In this document: positions 26,481-40,084 of the stretch, in pieces
Layout: each line of letters starts with the position of its first letter
How positions within the stretch are numbered: position 1 is the first letter of the stretch
Assembly: GCF_004010195.1 (NCBI RefSeq)
Contig: NC_057718.1
Span: forward strand, 51,355,941-51,419,940
Reading direction: 5' to 3'
Length of the DNA: 64,000 bases
Source: Chiloscyllium plagiosum
Lineage: Eukaryota
Program-made: the position numbers and the translations under genes
The notes under the pieces: model-generated
What the model was told of the DNA's origin: nothing
What the model saw: the letters and a program-made list of their open reading frames with translations, nothing else
Databases searched by the model: none

Positions 26481-27134
26481 AGACTTTATTTTTCACAAAC
26501 ACATGGCACTGGCAGGTGGGCTCAGACATGAGACTGCTACCTTCCTGAACCATATCTGATTTTGAATTAACCTCATCTCGATGAGAGGTACACATTTTTT
26601 TTGAGAAAGAACCTGCATTTGCATCACAATTTTCACATTCATAGAATGTCCCATGGGCACTTTACAGTCAATTAACTACATTGGAAGTGCAGTCACCATT
26701 GTTATGCAAAGAAATGTGCCAGATAATTTATGCACAGTAAGGTTCTACATGCAGCAGATGAGATTAAGGATTTAAGTGTCTTTGTGGTATAGGATGAGGG
26801 GGATTATAAACAGTTTAAAATGCATTTGAAGATAGATAAAATACAATGCCAGTCTCAGCAAGGGGAAATAAAAGCATACAATACAGAATTTCTTTTTATT
26901 CATTCACAGGACATGAGCATCTTTAGCTGGGCTAGCATTTATTGCTCATCCCTAATTCCCCCTGACTTGAGTAGGTCCAATGAGCCATTTCAGAGTGCAG
27001 TTAAGAATAAACTGCACTGCTGTATGTCTAGAGTCACATGCCAACCAACCAGTTAAAAGATGATTTCCTTCCCCAAAGGATGTTAGTGAATCAGGTGGTT
27101 TTTGTTTCTTAATTGTTACATGGTTTCAATTTGG

Positions 27135-28360
27135 CAAGCCTTATTCCCAATTTCTCCACCTCCACTACATCTGTTCCCAGGATGACCAATTCCATTTTAT
27201 GAAATACCAGAGGGCCTCCTTCTTCCAAGATCGCAATTTCCCTTCCCACATGGTCGACGATGCCCTCCAGTGCATCTCTTCCACTTCTCACACCTCCGCC
27301 CTTGAACCCCACCCCTCCCGATGCAGCAAGGACAGAACGGGCCTGCTCCTCACCTTCCACACCACCAACCTCTGTATACACCACATCATCCTCCACCACT
27401 TCTGCCACCTACAAACGGACCCCACCACTAGAGATTTATGAATGTAGGTTTGCTCACTGAGCTGGAAGGTTCGTTTTCATTTTCAGTGAGCAAAACTACA
27501 TCCAGAACCTCAAACTGAGCTACAAATCTTCTCAAGACTCGCTACCAGAGATTTACTTTCCTCCCCACTCCTATCAGCGTTCTCGAGAGACCATTCCCTC
27601 CGCGACTCCCTTGTCAGATCCACGCATCCCACCAGCCCACACCCCACCCGCGGCACCTTCCCATGCCACCAGGGAAGTGCAAAACCTGCGCCCACACCTG
27701 TCCCTCACCTCCGTCCAAGGCCCCAAAGGATTCTTCCACAGACATTTACCTGTACCTTCACCAATGTCACTTACTATATCCATTGCACCCGATGTGATCT
27801 CCTCTACATCAGTGAGACAGGACGGCAAAATGCAGATCATTTCAGAGAAAACCTCCGGGACATCCGCACCCACCAACCCCACCGCCCCGTGGCTGAACAC
27901 TTCCACTCCCTCTCCCACTCTGCCAAGGACATGTAGATCCTGGGCCTCCTCCATCACCAAACTCTTACCACCCTACGCCTGGAGGAAGAATGCCTCCCAT
28001 TCCACCTTGTGACTGGGCTACCACACGGGATCAATGTGGATTTCACCACTTTCCTCGTTTCCCCAACCCACATTATCTCAGTCCCAAGCTTCCAACTCGG
28101 CACCACCCTCCTGATTTTTCCACCACCTTTCTCATCCATCCGCTCCACCCTTCTCCCTCTCCTACCTATCACCTTCTCCCCCAGCTTCATCTACCTATCC
28201 GATTCTCATCTACCCCCCAACCCCACCCCCTCTCCCATTTATCTCTCTGACCCCCAGCTCACAAGCCTTATTCCTGATGAAGGCCTTATGCTCAAAATGT
28301 CATTCTCCTGCTCCTCAGATGTTGCCTGACCTGCTGTGCTTTTCCAGCATTACACTCTCA
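27135..28360 (+). mobile_element. Penelope-like element 3' part with GIY-YIG remnant and decayed hammerhead
   Basis: Same layout as 25090-26195: FTCTFTNVTYYIHCTRCDLLYISETGR, VAEHF, HGINVDF. CTGATGAAGGCCTTATGCTCAAAATGTC at 28274-28301, then the same tail as the small fold-back elements. Confidence 0.85.
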
Positions 28361-28494
28361 AAGCCTTAATTCATTCCAATTTGTATTTTATATTAGTTTT
28401 ATTCATTCCAGTTTTGTTTTTGTTTTTGTTAAAGTTAAATGTCGCCATCTATCTTGTCCCCAGCGCATTAGCCTGAAGTGTTAGATTACTAACC

Positions 28495-28786
28495 CTCACA
28501 GTGGCCGAGACCTGGGTTCGATTCCAGCCTCAGGCAACTGTCTGTGTGGAGTTTGCATTTTCTCTCCGTGACTGCGTGGGTTTCTTTTCACAATCCAAAG
28601 ACGTGCAGGTTAGGTAGACTGGCTAGGCTAAATTGCCCATAATGTTCAGTGATGTGTAGGTTAGGTGTGTTAATCAGGGTAAACATAGGATAGGGGAATG
28701 GGTCTGGATGGGTTACACTTTGGAGGGTCGGTGTGGACTTGTTGGGCCAAAGGGCCTGCTTCCACACTGTAGGGATACTCTGATTC
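28495..28786 (+). mobile_element. HE1-type V-SINE (elasmobranch tRNA-derived SINE)
   Basis: B-box GGTTCGATTCC, V-domain tctgtgtggagtttgca..tgcgtgggtttc..ccaaagacgtgcaggttagg, and a CR1-derived tail gggccaaagggcctg. Confidence 0.85.
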
Positions 28787-30049
28787 GAGCCAGTGACGTT
28801 CACATCTGTAAATAAATTTAAAGTCAAGGTCTTGTGACCAGTTGTAATGCTGCTCCATCAGCTATTATTCAGTACATCATACAGCAGTTATGATACATCT
28901 ATTGTTCAATTATATCCTAGCCAGAGCAGAGAACCATAACTTGTATTTAAAATACATCATCAACATTGTAAACTGTCTCAAGCTGCATCAGAGAGGCAAA
29001 AATCAAACAAGTACTGACTGATACCAAGTGCGAAAGAAGCTGATGTCAAAATATAGAACAATGCAGCACAAAAAGGGCTATTTGGCTTACTCAGCCTGGG
29101 CTACATTTTTGGAGAATTATTCAGTAAAACCCACTCCCCAAAGATATAGCAATCTTTGCCATCTAAATATTTATTTACCTTGCCTAATAATTTCACCAAT
29201 CCAATTACATCCTGTCTGCATCCTTTGACTGCTTTCCTTTAGAAACAATTGCTCTTAAGTTGTTTTATCTATTCCTTTCATGATTTTAAACATATTTATT
29301 AAATCTCTCCTTATCCTGACATGGCTTAATGAGAAAATTCTGCCTTTTTCAGTCTCTTATGGAATTAGCATCTTACTAAAGTGTGATGTCCCTGAAATCT
29401 GAAGTCCTTCCTCCTGCATCATTTCTCCAGCCATGCATAAGGCATTAAGTCTTCTGTAACTTCTCCAAACATTAGGGCGTGTAATCGAGATAGTTTTGGA
29501 GGAGAGAGAAGTGGAGTTGAGAAGTGGATAAGGGAGGAAATGCTAGAGCTTAATGTCTGGACAGCTTTAGCAAAGTTAGCAATAGTGCAACAAAGAAATC
29601 TGAGAAATGATTGAAGAGTTAAGCAGTTTCAGTTAGATTATGGTTAACTACGGATAAACAATTTTAGCTAGAAGTGTATTGAGAGGTGAGAACTGAAGGA
29701 TAACAGACGTGCAGTAACAGGACAGGGAGTTGGGTCACACAGCCAGCAAAGTCAAGAAAGGCCATGGGTAAATCATCTGCATCTGCAGTCCTCACTTTCT
29801 CCATGGGTAAATCAAAGCAATGGTTATTGTTGGGACTGAGGGAAATGAGTAAATTAAGATCAGGACACCTGGTGTGAATTGATCAAGTTAAGAATTTTGT
29901 ACATGACCTGGAATTTATTATAGATTTTTGTAGAATGTAGTGCGGGCTGTTCAGGCTGACACTCCTTGCATTCACTCAAATAAATAATCATAACCTGTAT
30001 CTATGTCTCCTAGCAGCGTGTCAAGTGAAACCACAACAGTGTGGTATAC

Positions 30050-30876
30050 TTAACAGACTTCAGGACAGACAACAACGTAATGTGGCCGAGCAGAGGCTGA
30101 TAGCCAAGTTTGGTACCCATGGGAATGGTCTCAACCAGGACCTTGGGTTAATGTCACACTACAGGTGGCCCCACTGCACTGTACACTCTCTCACACAAAC
30201 ATGCACAAGCGCCCGCGCGCGCACACACACACACACACACTCTCTCTCATACGCTCACAGATACAACCCCCACACTCACACATGCATCTTCTCACAGACT
30301 TACACCCCATTACAGTCACAAACTGACACACACTCTCTCACAGACACTCACACCCCCACACACACACCCACATGCTCACACTCGCTTGGTCTCCCCTGCG
30401 CAGACGCACACACATACATACACATAGGTTTGTAGGGTGAATTTGTGCTTGCAGAATTACATTTTGTTTTGCTCTAAAACTGCATACATCCATGTATGAT
30501 TCTGTAACTCCCACATTAGAAATAGAATTAGTCTGACCTAACATTGGGATACAGACAGACGTTAACTTCACACCTTCAGTGCATTATCTGAGTTGAGATG
30601 ACACCTATTGTTAAAAGCTATCTTTATAATGTAACTTTAAAAAAGTACTGGGAGTTACAAATGAAGGAGCTGAAACTAACATGATCATTCTAATAGATGA
30701 AAGACTTAAACTGAGTATGTTTAATATTACAGTCCATGACACTGAAGTCCTGTTGCTATAAATTCTGTGTGTGAGGATTCTGCTCCACAACCGCCTGATG
30801 AAGAAGCAGCGCTCCAAAAACTAGTGCTTCCAAATAAACCTGTTGGACGATAACCTTGTTTGTCTGATTTTTAACA
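30050..30876 (+). mobile_element. Penelope-like element 3' end (fourth family) with internal (CA)n tract
   Basis: GIY-YIG C-terminal remnant LQDRQQRNVAEQRLIAKFGTHGNGLNQD; CA-rich tract 30180-30425; decayed hammerhead CTGATGAAGAAGCAGCGCTCCAAAAACTA from 30795. Confidence 0.75.
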
Positions 30877-31399
30877 ATAATTAACAAGCCAGCATTGCAA
30901 GGTGAAGCTTACATGCGAGCACAATATTGGCACTTCAAAAGCTGTTAAATAAAGGAAGCTTATTCCATTTGCATGAGTTGCATTTAAACTGTACTCAGTA
31001 CGTTTAAACACGACTTAAGGGACTGTTCATCCAAATATTGAATAAAGATATTTTCTTTGATAGTTTTACATTATTTATGTTCAGAGTTATTGGACAGCAG
31101 AAATACTTCAAGATATAAACATTTATATTCAAATGTGCAGTCATGTAAACTAATTCCTTATTATTTAAAAAAAAACGAAGTGACAGGAGCTAAGAGATCA
31201 TATTGTTCCCTGAACAAATTACTTCTGCCTTTCACAGCAATTGTTCAGAAAAAAACAATCACACAATTTGACAAGTGTACTTAATTAACAGCAGTTTGCT
31301 AAGACTAATCAGTTGTTTTATCATTTGAGTGTATAATTCAAGTTTTATTTCATTGTTTCTAGTTCAAAATCCTTGAGCTGAATTTTATGGAGACATCAT

Positions 31400-31860
31400 C
31401 ATTGGCCATCCCTCACAGACAAGGGTAGCTCTCCTCCACTGTCAGGATGAGTCCGTAAGTGGCTGTAAAGACCAAAGTGGCTACCGCTGGCTCTGCTACA
31501 TTTGGAGCAGAAGGTGTTCACGGGAAGGGGTGGGTGAGGCGTTTGTATATCGTTGGTATTTCACCGTTTTCACCTGGTTTCCACTTTTTCCCGATGGCAG
31601 GTCTCAAGATACTCAACATCTTTCCGGATGCTCCTCCTCCATTTTGAATGGTCTTGGGCCAGTGATTCCCAAGTGTCTGTGGGAATGCCACACTTTGCCA
31701 GTGAAGCGTTGTGGGCATCCCTGAAGAGTTTCCTCTGTCCACCCGGGGCCCGCCTGCTGCTTCGGAGCTGGGAATAGAGCAGCTGCTTCGGGAGTCTCCT
31801 GTCAGTCATGTGGACAACATGTCCAGACCATCACAGTCAATCCAACTGCCCCATTGTCCA
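31400..31860 (-). mobile_element. RTE-clade (BovB-like) LINE 3' end
   Basis: GHVVHMTDRRLPKQLLYSQL..RAPGGQRK.FRD....L..CGI....WESLAQD...WR, characteristic of an RTE ORF C-terminus. Confidence 0.85.
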
Positions 31861-32329
31861 AGCTAAAACGTCAATGGGGAACTTGCTAACATTCCTGACA
31901 TCTTTCCCACCATCAAATTAGTACTGTGGGCAGTGTTGATTATTTGGCAAGACTGGTTGATTCCATTGGGCTATCGAAACCTGCAAAGAGCGCTCCATTT
32001 CCATAAATGACATCAATGCATGTAGATAGAGTTGCCAGGATTGCTACATAACAGAGGGTCTCTTTTAAATTTGCAACTCTGCAGCAATTGTATCATCAGT
32101 GTCCAAACTGTAATTTCAAGCTGAGACTAAAGCAAGCAAGTGGGAAATGTCAGCTCCCTATCACAGCCAAATACAAAGCCAGAAGAGGCCCAGGACTTAT
32201 AATTAATAATTACAATTTCCAATTTCTCATTGGCCATGAGGGTAGGAGTGTTCCGACATTAGTCTAACAGAAAAGCCTGGAGGTTATCTTGAAATGAACA
32301 ACCCAGCAAAATCTATGCCCTCTTGACTG

Positions 32330-32780
32330 GTACTACACACACAAGCATCCACACCCATCACCACCAAAGCTCAGTAGCAGCAGTGTTTAGTATCTACAAG
32401 AAATATAACCAAAATCCTTAGATAGCACCTTCCAAACTCACAATCACTTCCATCTCGAAGGACAAGGGTACCAGATGCATGGGAATATCACCACCAAGAA
32501 GAGTTCTGAGGGAGGCTCACTCAACCTAAAAAGTTACCTTTGATTTCTCTGTACAAATGCTACCAGGCCTGCTGGGCTTTTCCAGCAATTTCTCTTTTTG
32601 TCACAGTTCCCTCACTGTCGCTGGATCAAAATCCTGGAATTCCTTCCTTCAGAGCATTGCGGATCAACCTACAGTATGTGGACTGCAGCAATTCAAGAAG
32701 GCAGCTCATCAATGCCTCCTCAAGAGCAAGTAGGCACAGGCAATAAATTCCTGCCAGCCAGTCCCAGGACTGAATAAATT
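32330..32780 (+). mobile_element. CR1/L2-clade LINE 3' end with a decayed hammerhead-family insert at ~32500-32600
   Basis: Mirror image of the 18440-18800 family. The insert gttctgagggaggctcac..ctgctgggcttttccagcaatttc matches the 10650-10745 arm. Confidence 0.55.
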
Positions 32781-32864
32781 TATAGCTGCTGGTATTTTGC
32801 CATGATTTCATACTGGTCACTTGTTATTTAAGTGTTTACAAAAATTTGATACCAGGGCCTCTTT

Positions 32865-34056
32865 TTGAGATATTTGTATCATCAATAGTCACAGGTGAGG
32901 TACCGGAAGATGGAGGTGGGCAAACATGGTGCCACTGTTTAAGAAGGGCGGTAAAGACAAGCTAGGGAACGATAGACCGGTGAGCCTGACCTCAGTGGTG
33001 GGCAAGTTGTTGGAGGGAATCCTGAGGGACAGGATGTACATATATTTGGAAAGTCAAGGACTCATTCAGGATAGTCGGAAATCATGTGCATGGGAAATCA
33101 TGTCTCACATACTTGATTGAGTTTTTTGAAGAAGTAACAAAGAAGATTGATGAGGGCAGAGGATGAGATGTGATCTATGTGGACTTCAGTAAGGCATTTG
33201 ACAAGGTTCCCCATGGGAGACTGATTAGCAAGGTTAGATCTCATGGAATACAGGGAGAACTAGCCATTTGGATACAGAACTGGCTTAAAGGTAGAAGACA
33301 GAGGGTGGTGGTGAAGGGTTGTTTTTCAGACTGGAGGCCTGTGACCAGTGGAGTGCCACAAGGATCGGTGCTGGGCCCTNNNNNNNNNNNNNNNNNNNNN
33401 NNNNNNNNNNNNNNNNNNNNNNNNNNNNNNNNNNNNNNNNNNNNNNNNNNNNNNNNNNNNNNNNNNNNNNNNNNNNNNNNNNNNNNNNNNNNNNNNNNNN
33501 NNNNNNNNNNNNNNNNNNNNNNNNNNNNNNNNNNNNNNNNNNNNNNNNNNNNNNNNNNNNNNNNNNNNNNNNNNNNNNNNNNNNNNNNNNNNNNNNNNNN
33601 NNNNNNNNNNNNNNNNNNNNNNNNNNNNNNNNNNNNNNNNNNNNNNNNNNNNNNNNNNNNNNNNNNNNNNNNNNNNGTCGGAGGCTGAGGGGTGACCTTA
33701 TAGAGGTTTACAAAATTATGAGGGGCATAGATAGGATAAATAGACAAAGTCTTTTCCCTGGGGTCAGGGAGTCCAGAACTAGAGGGCATAGCTTTAGGGT
33801 GAGAGGGGAAAGATATAAAAGAGACTTAAGGGGCAACTTTTTCACACAGAGGGTGGTACATGTATGGAATGAGCTGCCAGAGGACGTAGTGGAGGCTGGT
33901 ACAATTGTAACATTTAAGAGGCATTTGGATGGGTATATGAATAGGAAGGGTTTGGAGGGTGCTGGCAGGTGGGAGTAGATTGGATTGGGATATCTGGTCG
34001 GCATGGACGGGTTGGACCGAAGGGTCTGTTTCCATGCTGTACATCTCTATGTCTCT
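32865..34056 (+). mobile_element. Young CR1 LINE 3' half spanning an assembly gap
   Basis: [40 protein letters not shown], gap, RRLRGDLIEVYKIM, FFTQRVV, then tail; very similar to 1-492 and 23060-24558. Confidence 0.92.
33380..33676. other. Assembly gap (297 N)
   Basis: Run of N. Confidence 0.99.
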
Positions 34057-34639
34057 AAAAGAAAAACTCTGACGATACAATTTTAATTTTCTTCTAATAT
34101 TATGACATATATGGTTGGTTGCCTAAGCAATATAATATTAATGGGGCAGACTACAATGTACAATGCCATTAGGATTTCACTCCAATTTCAGCCCAAGAAT
34201 TAATCATGCAGGATTGGTGGTTTTATTGGAATTCTATTAAGCATGTGACTGGCACAGGAAAAAAAAAAAAATGGCAAAGGGCAGTCCTCTTCAGCAGTTT
34301 CAGTTTATGGCACAATAAGTTCAGATAATTAGAAAACTTCATAGTGAAGTGTGCTAGTATTCAATCATAAGACACAGGGATTATTCTAAGTAAGGGAATG
34401 TTCATTTGTGCAAGAGAAAGAGAGAAATAAAAGATGCTCAAGGTTGCTCATTAAAATTCACAGGCTTTTTTTGACATAGTACAAGAATGTGTACAAAGTG
34501 ATTCAAACTATAAAATATCATAATACAACTAAAAGTGGACTGTTTTTGATTCATAGTTTTTTTTTTAACTGTTGCAACTTCTAATATTTTGGTTTCCTTG
34601 ATTAAATCATGCACTTTATTTCCAAGATAAAATGTCCAT

Positions 34640-35015
34640 GTTATGGTAATGTCATTGGATAAATAATTTTGAAACCCAGGTGACGGATCTGGGAATATAG
34701 GTTCAAACCCCACTACGATGGTCAGCAGAATTTAAATTCAACCAATAAAAATCTGTAAATAAGAATAACTGGTCTAATGGTGACCATTAAATTATTGTTG
34801 TAAAATTCCACCTGATTCACTAATGATCTTCAGGGGAGTAAAGGGAAGGAAATCTGCTGCCTTGAGCTGGTCTGAACTATATTTGGCCCCAGATCCATTG
34901 CAGTATGGTTGACTCTTAACTGCTGACTGAAATGGTTCAGCAAGCCATTCAGTTCAAGGGCATTTCGAGATAGCACCAAATGCTGGCTTTGCCAAGACAC
35001 CCACATCACAGGAAA
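34640..35015 (+). mobile_element. tRNA-derived SINE with LINE-derived tail
   Basis: B-box-like GGTTCAAACCC at ~34700; tail ..aaatgctggctttgccaagacacccacatc is shared with the CR1/L2-clade LINE ends. Confidence 0.55.
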
Positions 35016-38000
35016 ATATGAAATCATAACTAATGTATGTCAGTATAATCGCAGTGTTGCTTTCTCTAATATCCATTTCTATTTTATGGGTTGAAATTTA
35101 AATTTGCTTGCTATTTCACATTGTCTGTTGACAAATTATTATTCCTGAATTAGTGCTGCAGATCTGAATTCATAACCTTCCATTATTACAGTGGTGGCGT
35201 CCCATTTCCTAGTTCTACTGACAGGTTCACATGATTAAAATGACACTGTGGCAATGAATTGGTCAATGAATTTTAATGCTTTTTCTTCACAATGGATTAA
35301 AAAATTGACAGTAAGCTGGCATAGGCATTATAAATAGCCATGGGGGCTGGAGGGGCATAGACTGGAATTGAGAGTGTGAGGACCACCGGAGAGGAAGGGC
35401 ATGGGTTGGTATCCAAGGTATAGGGCAATAGGGTGGGTACAGGGGCATATGTTGACATGGAGTGTATGCTGGGCATGAGTGGTGCTACAGGTTGTAATGT
35501 TAGCATAGCAGATACAAAGGGTCTTCAGGGTTAGGTAGAGATGGTATGAGTTGGTATGAGTGAGGCATGAGAAATGTCAGTGGAGGGTGAAGGTCAGAGG
35601 ACTTGGTTTTGTATTGTTTTGCTTTAGTTAAAATCTTGGAAACAACATGAGTGCACTGAGCAGGGATTCTGGTATCGAATCCACTTCTGCACCTGGCAGC
35701 GTAGACGGACATGGAGATTCTTGAGAAAGTAATCATTGACAGGAACCTACTGGAAGTAAGGTATTAGGACAATGCACATATATGACAGTATGATAAGAAT
35801 GAGGAGGGGTGGGGGTAAGTGTTTGAAATAGAGGTTATGCAATGTCCAACATCTGGAAAATATGTGCAGGGAGGACCCAAAATGACATGAATAGACAATA
35901 TAATAACATGGATTGGCTTCTGCATGATATTGGCAGTGGATAACAGAACGAAGTGGAGGAAGGTATTTCAGAGTGTGGCCAACGCTCAGAATGGGGAAGG
36001 ATGAAAAACATGACAAGACCTGCTTCTCAAAACGGGTGTTCCCATTTATCCTACATATCGATATTTAAATTTGTATCCTGAAAGTTAAAGTCTACCAATA
36101 TATGCATCTTAAAACTAACAATTCACAACAAAGGTCATTATGAAAAGAAATCAGTGTACTGGAACACCATGGACTAAAATGCATATTAACTACTATAGGC
36201 TTCTACACCAATGGGGTTTTCTATTGTATCTTTGAAGGAACCGAAGGTGCAGGTTTGACCTCCAATTCTGGTGCGGGTGAAAAATCTGACAGGCTGCTGT
36301 GATGTACTTTCTCGGGGACAGTTTGGAACACAGTCATTTCTCACCGCTTGAGGGAATTGAAAAAGCAACAATTTTAAAAAAAACAGTTCCAAAAATATAA
36401 AAGTGGACTCTCATGAACAAGAGTAAAAATAAGGTGTCATGAAATAATAGCTAACTGTACAATAAGAAAATAGAAAACACGGCACTTCTAAGAAAGAGAA
36501 GGCCTAACTCATTATAAATGAATCATCGCTCCCATAATCTTTATGGTCCATAGAAGTGGTGAGGACCTGTGCACCAAATCATAGAACTGAGTCTGCAATT
36601 CCCTATAATTAAACTTTTGCTGCCAGACTGCCAGATAAGGCTATGTCTTCCTACAGAGAACATGAAATATAATGCACCATATCCTGGTAAGAAGTGTAAT
36701 CAAATTTTGCACTTTTAGCCTCAAGCAGCAGCAGTCTGTACGACAGTACTTGAATCTATATGACAGAAATCTAGACATGCAGACTAATTCAAACTCCAGT
36801 TGTGGAGTTACTGGTTGTGCTATATGTGCACAAACATCAGATACAAATAAAATAGATGGTGAAAATATTTAAAATGTGATTTATAGCAAATGGTATTGTA
36901 AACTGTGGCTTTCCATAAGAAAAGGTTTATTAGGTGCTACATGCTTCTGTAATTATTGTTGTTTCTCACTTCCATATGAACATGGACAAGTGTTGTTATT
37001 GTGTGGAAATAATCTCTGTTGATAAACCCATAATGACACTTCAAAAAAATTCCCAAGGATTTTTAAAAAAATATATTTGGCAAGATCAAGGAGCAGCGTT
37101 AAAGATTCTTCACTTTAAAAAGGTAAAATCAAATCAGGACAGTTGTTTATTTGATTGTATGCATGTAATACAAGTACAGCATTTTTAAAATTAATTTGTC
37201 AAGCAGTTTTTTTTTAAGATTAAAAATTGTCTCAAATACTGAAATGCTTCTCAAAAAACATAACTCCTCAGCCTTTGCTAAAATTATTAAAGCATCTCTA
37301 ATTGCTTTATAGATAATGACACCATGGAGTCAATGGTATCAGTGTCAGCGTAACTGTACTGCTTCAGCATTTGTTCCACAATGTTAAGCAGCTGCACAGT
37401 ATTTTCTGACTGCAAAGAGGCACTACTTAATTGGTGAGTTCCTCTCAGTGGTATCAAGGGTTGATAGCTCCTGTTGTCAAATTCTTCTGAACAGGCTAAA
37501 GCATATTTACTGGCAGTCTTGAAAGTGACACACAACGAGATCAGCAAAGGGATACATTTTGGAGAGCAACAGAAATCACAAATTAGGTCACTAAAAAAGC
37601 AAGTTCCCCATCAATTGCATAATGTTGTAAATCACTGTCAGTTGTGAACAATCTTAATTAAAAGCTGTGCAAAAATTGCTTTGATGTGTTCTGGTGACAA
37701 TTATTTTATATTTTGAATTGACAGTAACCAGAAATAAAGCAAATATTAAGCTTTAGAGCAACACAATGCCGATAATTTCCACCAACTGCATCTAATTCTT
37801 TTCTGAAGAATTGGAAACGTTAATCGCATAGCAGCTGCATTTAGCATTCAGCCAGGGCAGGGCAGCAACAAATTACCTTTGGCAATCAACAACTTATGGT
37901 AAGTGCAGCAATTAGTTCACTACTACCACCACAACAACCAATATTTATAAATATGGCACAGAGTACTAAAAGTACACGATAATCAAGATCAATGCCATCG

Positions 38001-39388
38001 CCACTGAACTCAATATTAATTTGCTCCAATTTTCATATATTGTGACTATTGTACATACAAAGCACTGCAACAACTCATGAATATTCCTTCAAGTACATTT
38101 TCCTTTCCTGAAACTTCAACCCTGAAGAGCAGCAAAGCAATAAGAACACCAGAAATTCCAAATCATGTGCCATTCTGACTCAGAAATTCATCAGCACATT
38201 TTTTAAGTTTCCTGCAATTTCAAACCTAACATCATTCTGGAACAACATTAACACCAAGACTGGTGCAAGAAAAAGCCTAAATGTCCCCTTTCAAGAGAGC
38301 TCAGGATAGGCAACATGCACATTTTTAATTACATTCATGAGGTAAAAACACCTGATGTTAAAAACAATGTGTATTCCATCAGTGAACTAAGCCAAAACTT
38401 CAATTTCAGCAAATATAGGAGCTAGATTGAATCAATGATACCTGATCAGAAATAGCTTTGTTTCTGAACCAGAAAAATACCAGCTCTTTGGAACCTTTTC
38501 CCAGCCACTAAAATACACTGAATGAGAGAAACAAACTGAGCTTCAACAGACTTGATCCAAGAAGCAGAAATAGTTATGATTCAATAGCTTTTCATCTAAA
38601 TAGGTCCCAACTAAGAAGATGCACGAAGGAGATCTGGTGGTCTTCGTGCATAGTCTCTACAAGTGGCAGGACCAGTTAACAAAGCAGTTAATGAAGCATC
38701 TTGGATCCTTTATTAACTTAGATCTTGAATTCTATAAATAGAGACATCTGGATTGATGTTTGTTTTGGGGTCAGGATCTGGTGAATTTCCAGGTCCCAAT
38801 TCCACATGGCAGTGCATTACATCTGACACAATCTTTAACCAGGAGGCCGAAGTGGGATCAGGATGTGCATTCTCTTCCCAAGTAAGGACAGCTGATGGGC
38901 TCCAGAGGCTTGGGGGGAGGGGGGAGGTGCGATCAAGAAAATGCCCTACAGCAGTGACTGGAGGGCTGTTCAAATATCAAAGGTAGGAGTTATTGTGTGA
39001 GTAAGATCGTGTGCCATTTAACGAGTTGACTGCTGAAGAGGGTTTTTAAATTTTCACCCTTAAATAGACAATAGCTGCCAAGTCACAATCATGGAAATAT
39101 CTGCAGACATAACTGCAATTTATGAGTGGATGAGATTTCAAATTAGTTAGTTCCTGTAAAAGGCATTGGCTGCAGGCAGAAATCATTATAATGAGTAGGC
39201 AGCATGCCAGCATTGTGTTTCTGACTCATGGTAATGATTTCTACATGCAACCAGCTATCCCCTTGTTGTTTGTTGGCTACATACAGCAGCAGGGAACCCA
39301 ATACTGTTGTTACCTTGCACTATTTAAAACTAGCTGCACTGTAACTGCTGCTGAGACTCATTCTATTACTGAAATCATCATTCTGTCA

Positions 39389-40066
39389 GAGTCATAAAGA
39401 TGTACACCACAGAAACACACCCTTCAGTCCAACCTGTTTAGGCCATCCAGATATCCTAAATTAATCTAGTCCCATTTGCCAGCATTTGCCCATATCCCTC
39501 TGAACCCTTCTATTTATATACTTGTACCAGCCTCCACCACTTCCACTGACAGCTCATTCCATATACACACCACCCTCTGTGTGAAAAGGTTGCCCCTTGG
39601 GTCCCTTTTAAATCTTTCCTCTCTCACCTTAAACCTATGCCCTCTAATTTTAGACTCCCCAACCGTGGGGAAAAAAAACTTTGTTTATTTATCCTATCCA
39701 TGCCCCTCATGATTTTATAAACCTCTATAAGGCTACTCCTCAGCCTCCAATGCTCCAAGGAAAATAGCTCCAGCCTGTTCAACCTCTCCTACAGCTCAAA
39801 CCTCCAACCCTGGCAACATCTTTGCAAATCTTTTCTGAGCCCTTTCAGATTTAACAACATCTTTCCTGCAGCAGGGAGACCAGAACCGAAAAAAGTAGCC
39901 TAACCAATGTCTTGTACAGCTCCAACCTGACCTCCCAACTCCTAAACTCAATGCACTGACCAAGAAAGGCAAGCATGCCAAACACATTTTTCACTAGCCT
40001 GTCTACCTGTGACTCCGCTTTCAAGCAACTGTGACCCTGCACTCCAAAGTCTCTTTGTTCAGCAAC
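39389..40066 (-). mobile_element. CR1 LINE 3' end
   Basis: Reverse-strand ESQVDRLVK..FGMLAF, FWSPCCRKDVVK, MLPGLE; tail at ~39389. Confidence 0.9.
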
Positions 40067-40084
40067 CAGAGAAAAATATAGAAC

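Noticed and set aside
28500..28535. tRNA gene
   Set aside because: Only a B-box within an HE1-type SINE head; no cloverleaf.
36186..36392. Minus-strand ORF after a pyrimidine tract (VRNDCVPNCPRES..) as an NRXN1 exon
   Set aside because: No neurexin LNS/EGF similarity in any frame, weak AAG acceptor, ends in a stop.
37287..37547. 86-aa minus-strand ORF with protein-like composition
   Set aside because: No recognisable homology and no convincing splice donor; more likely non-coding.
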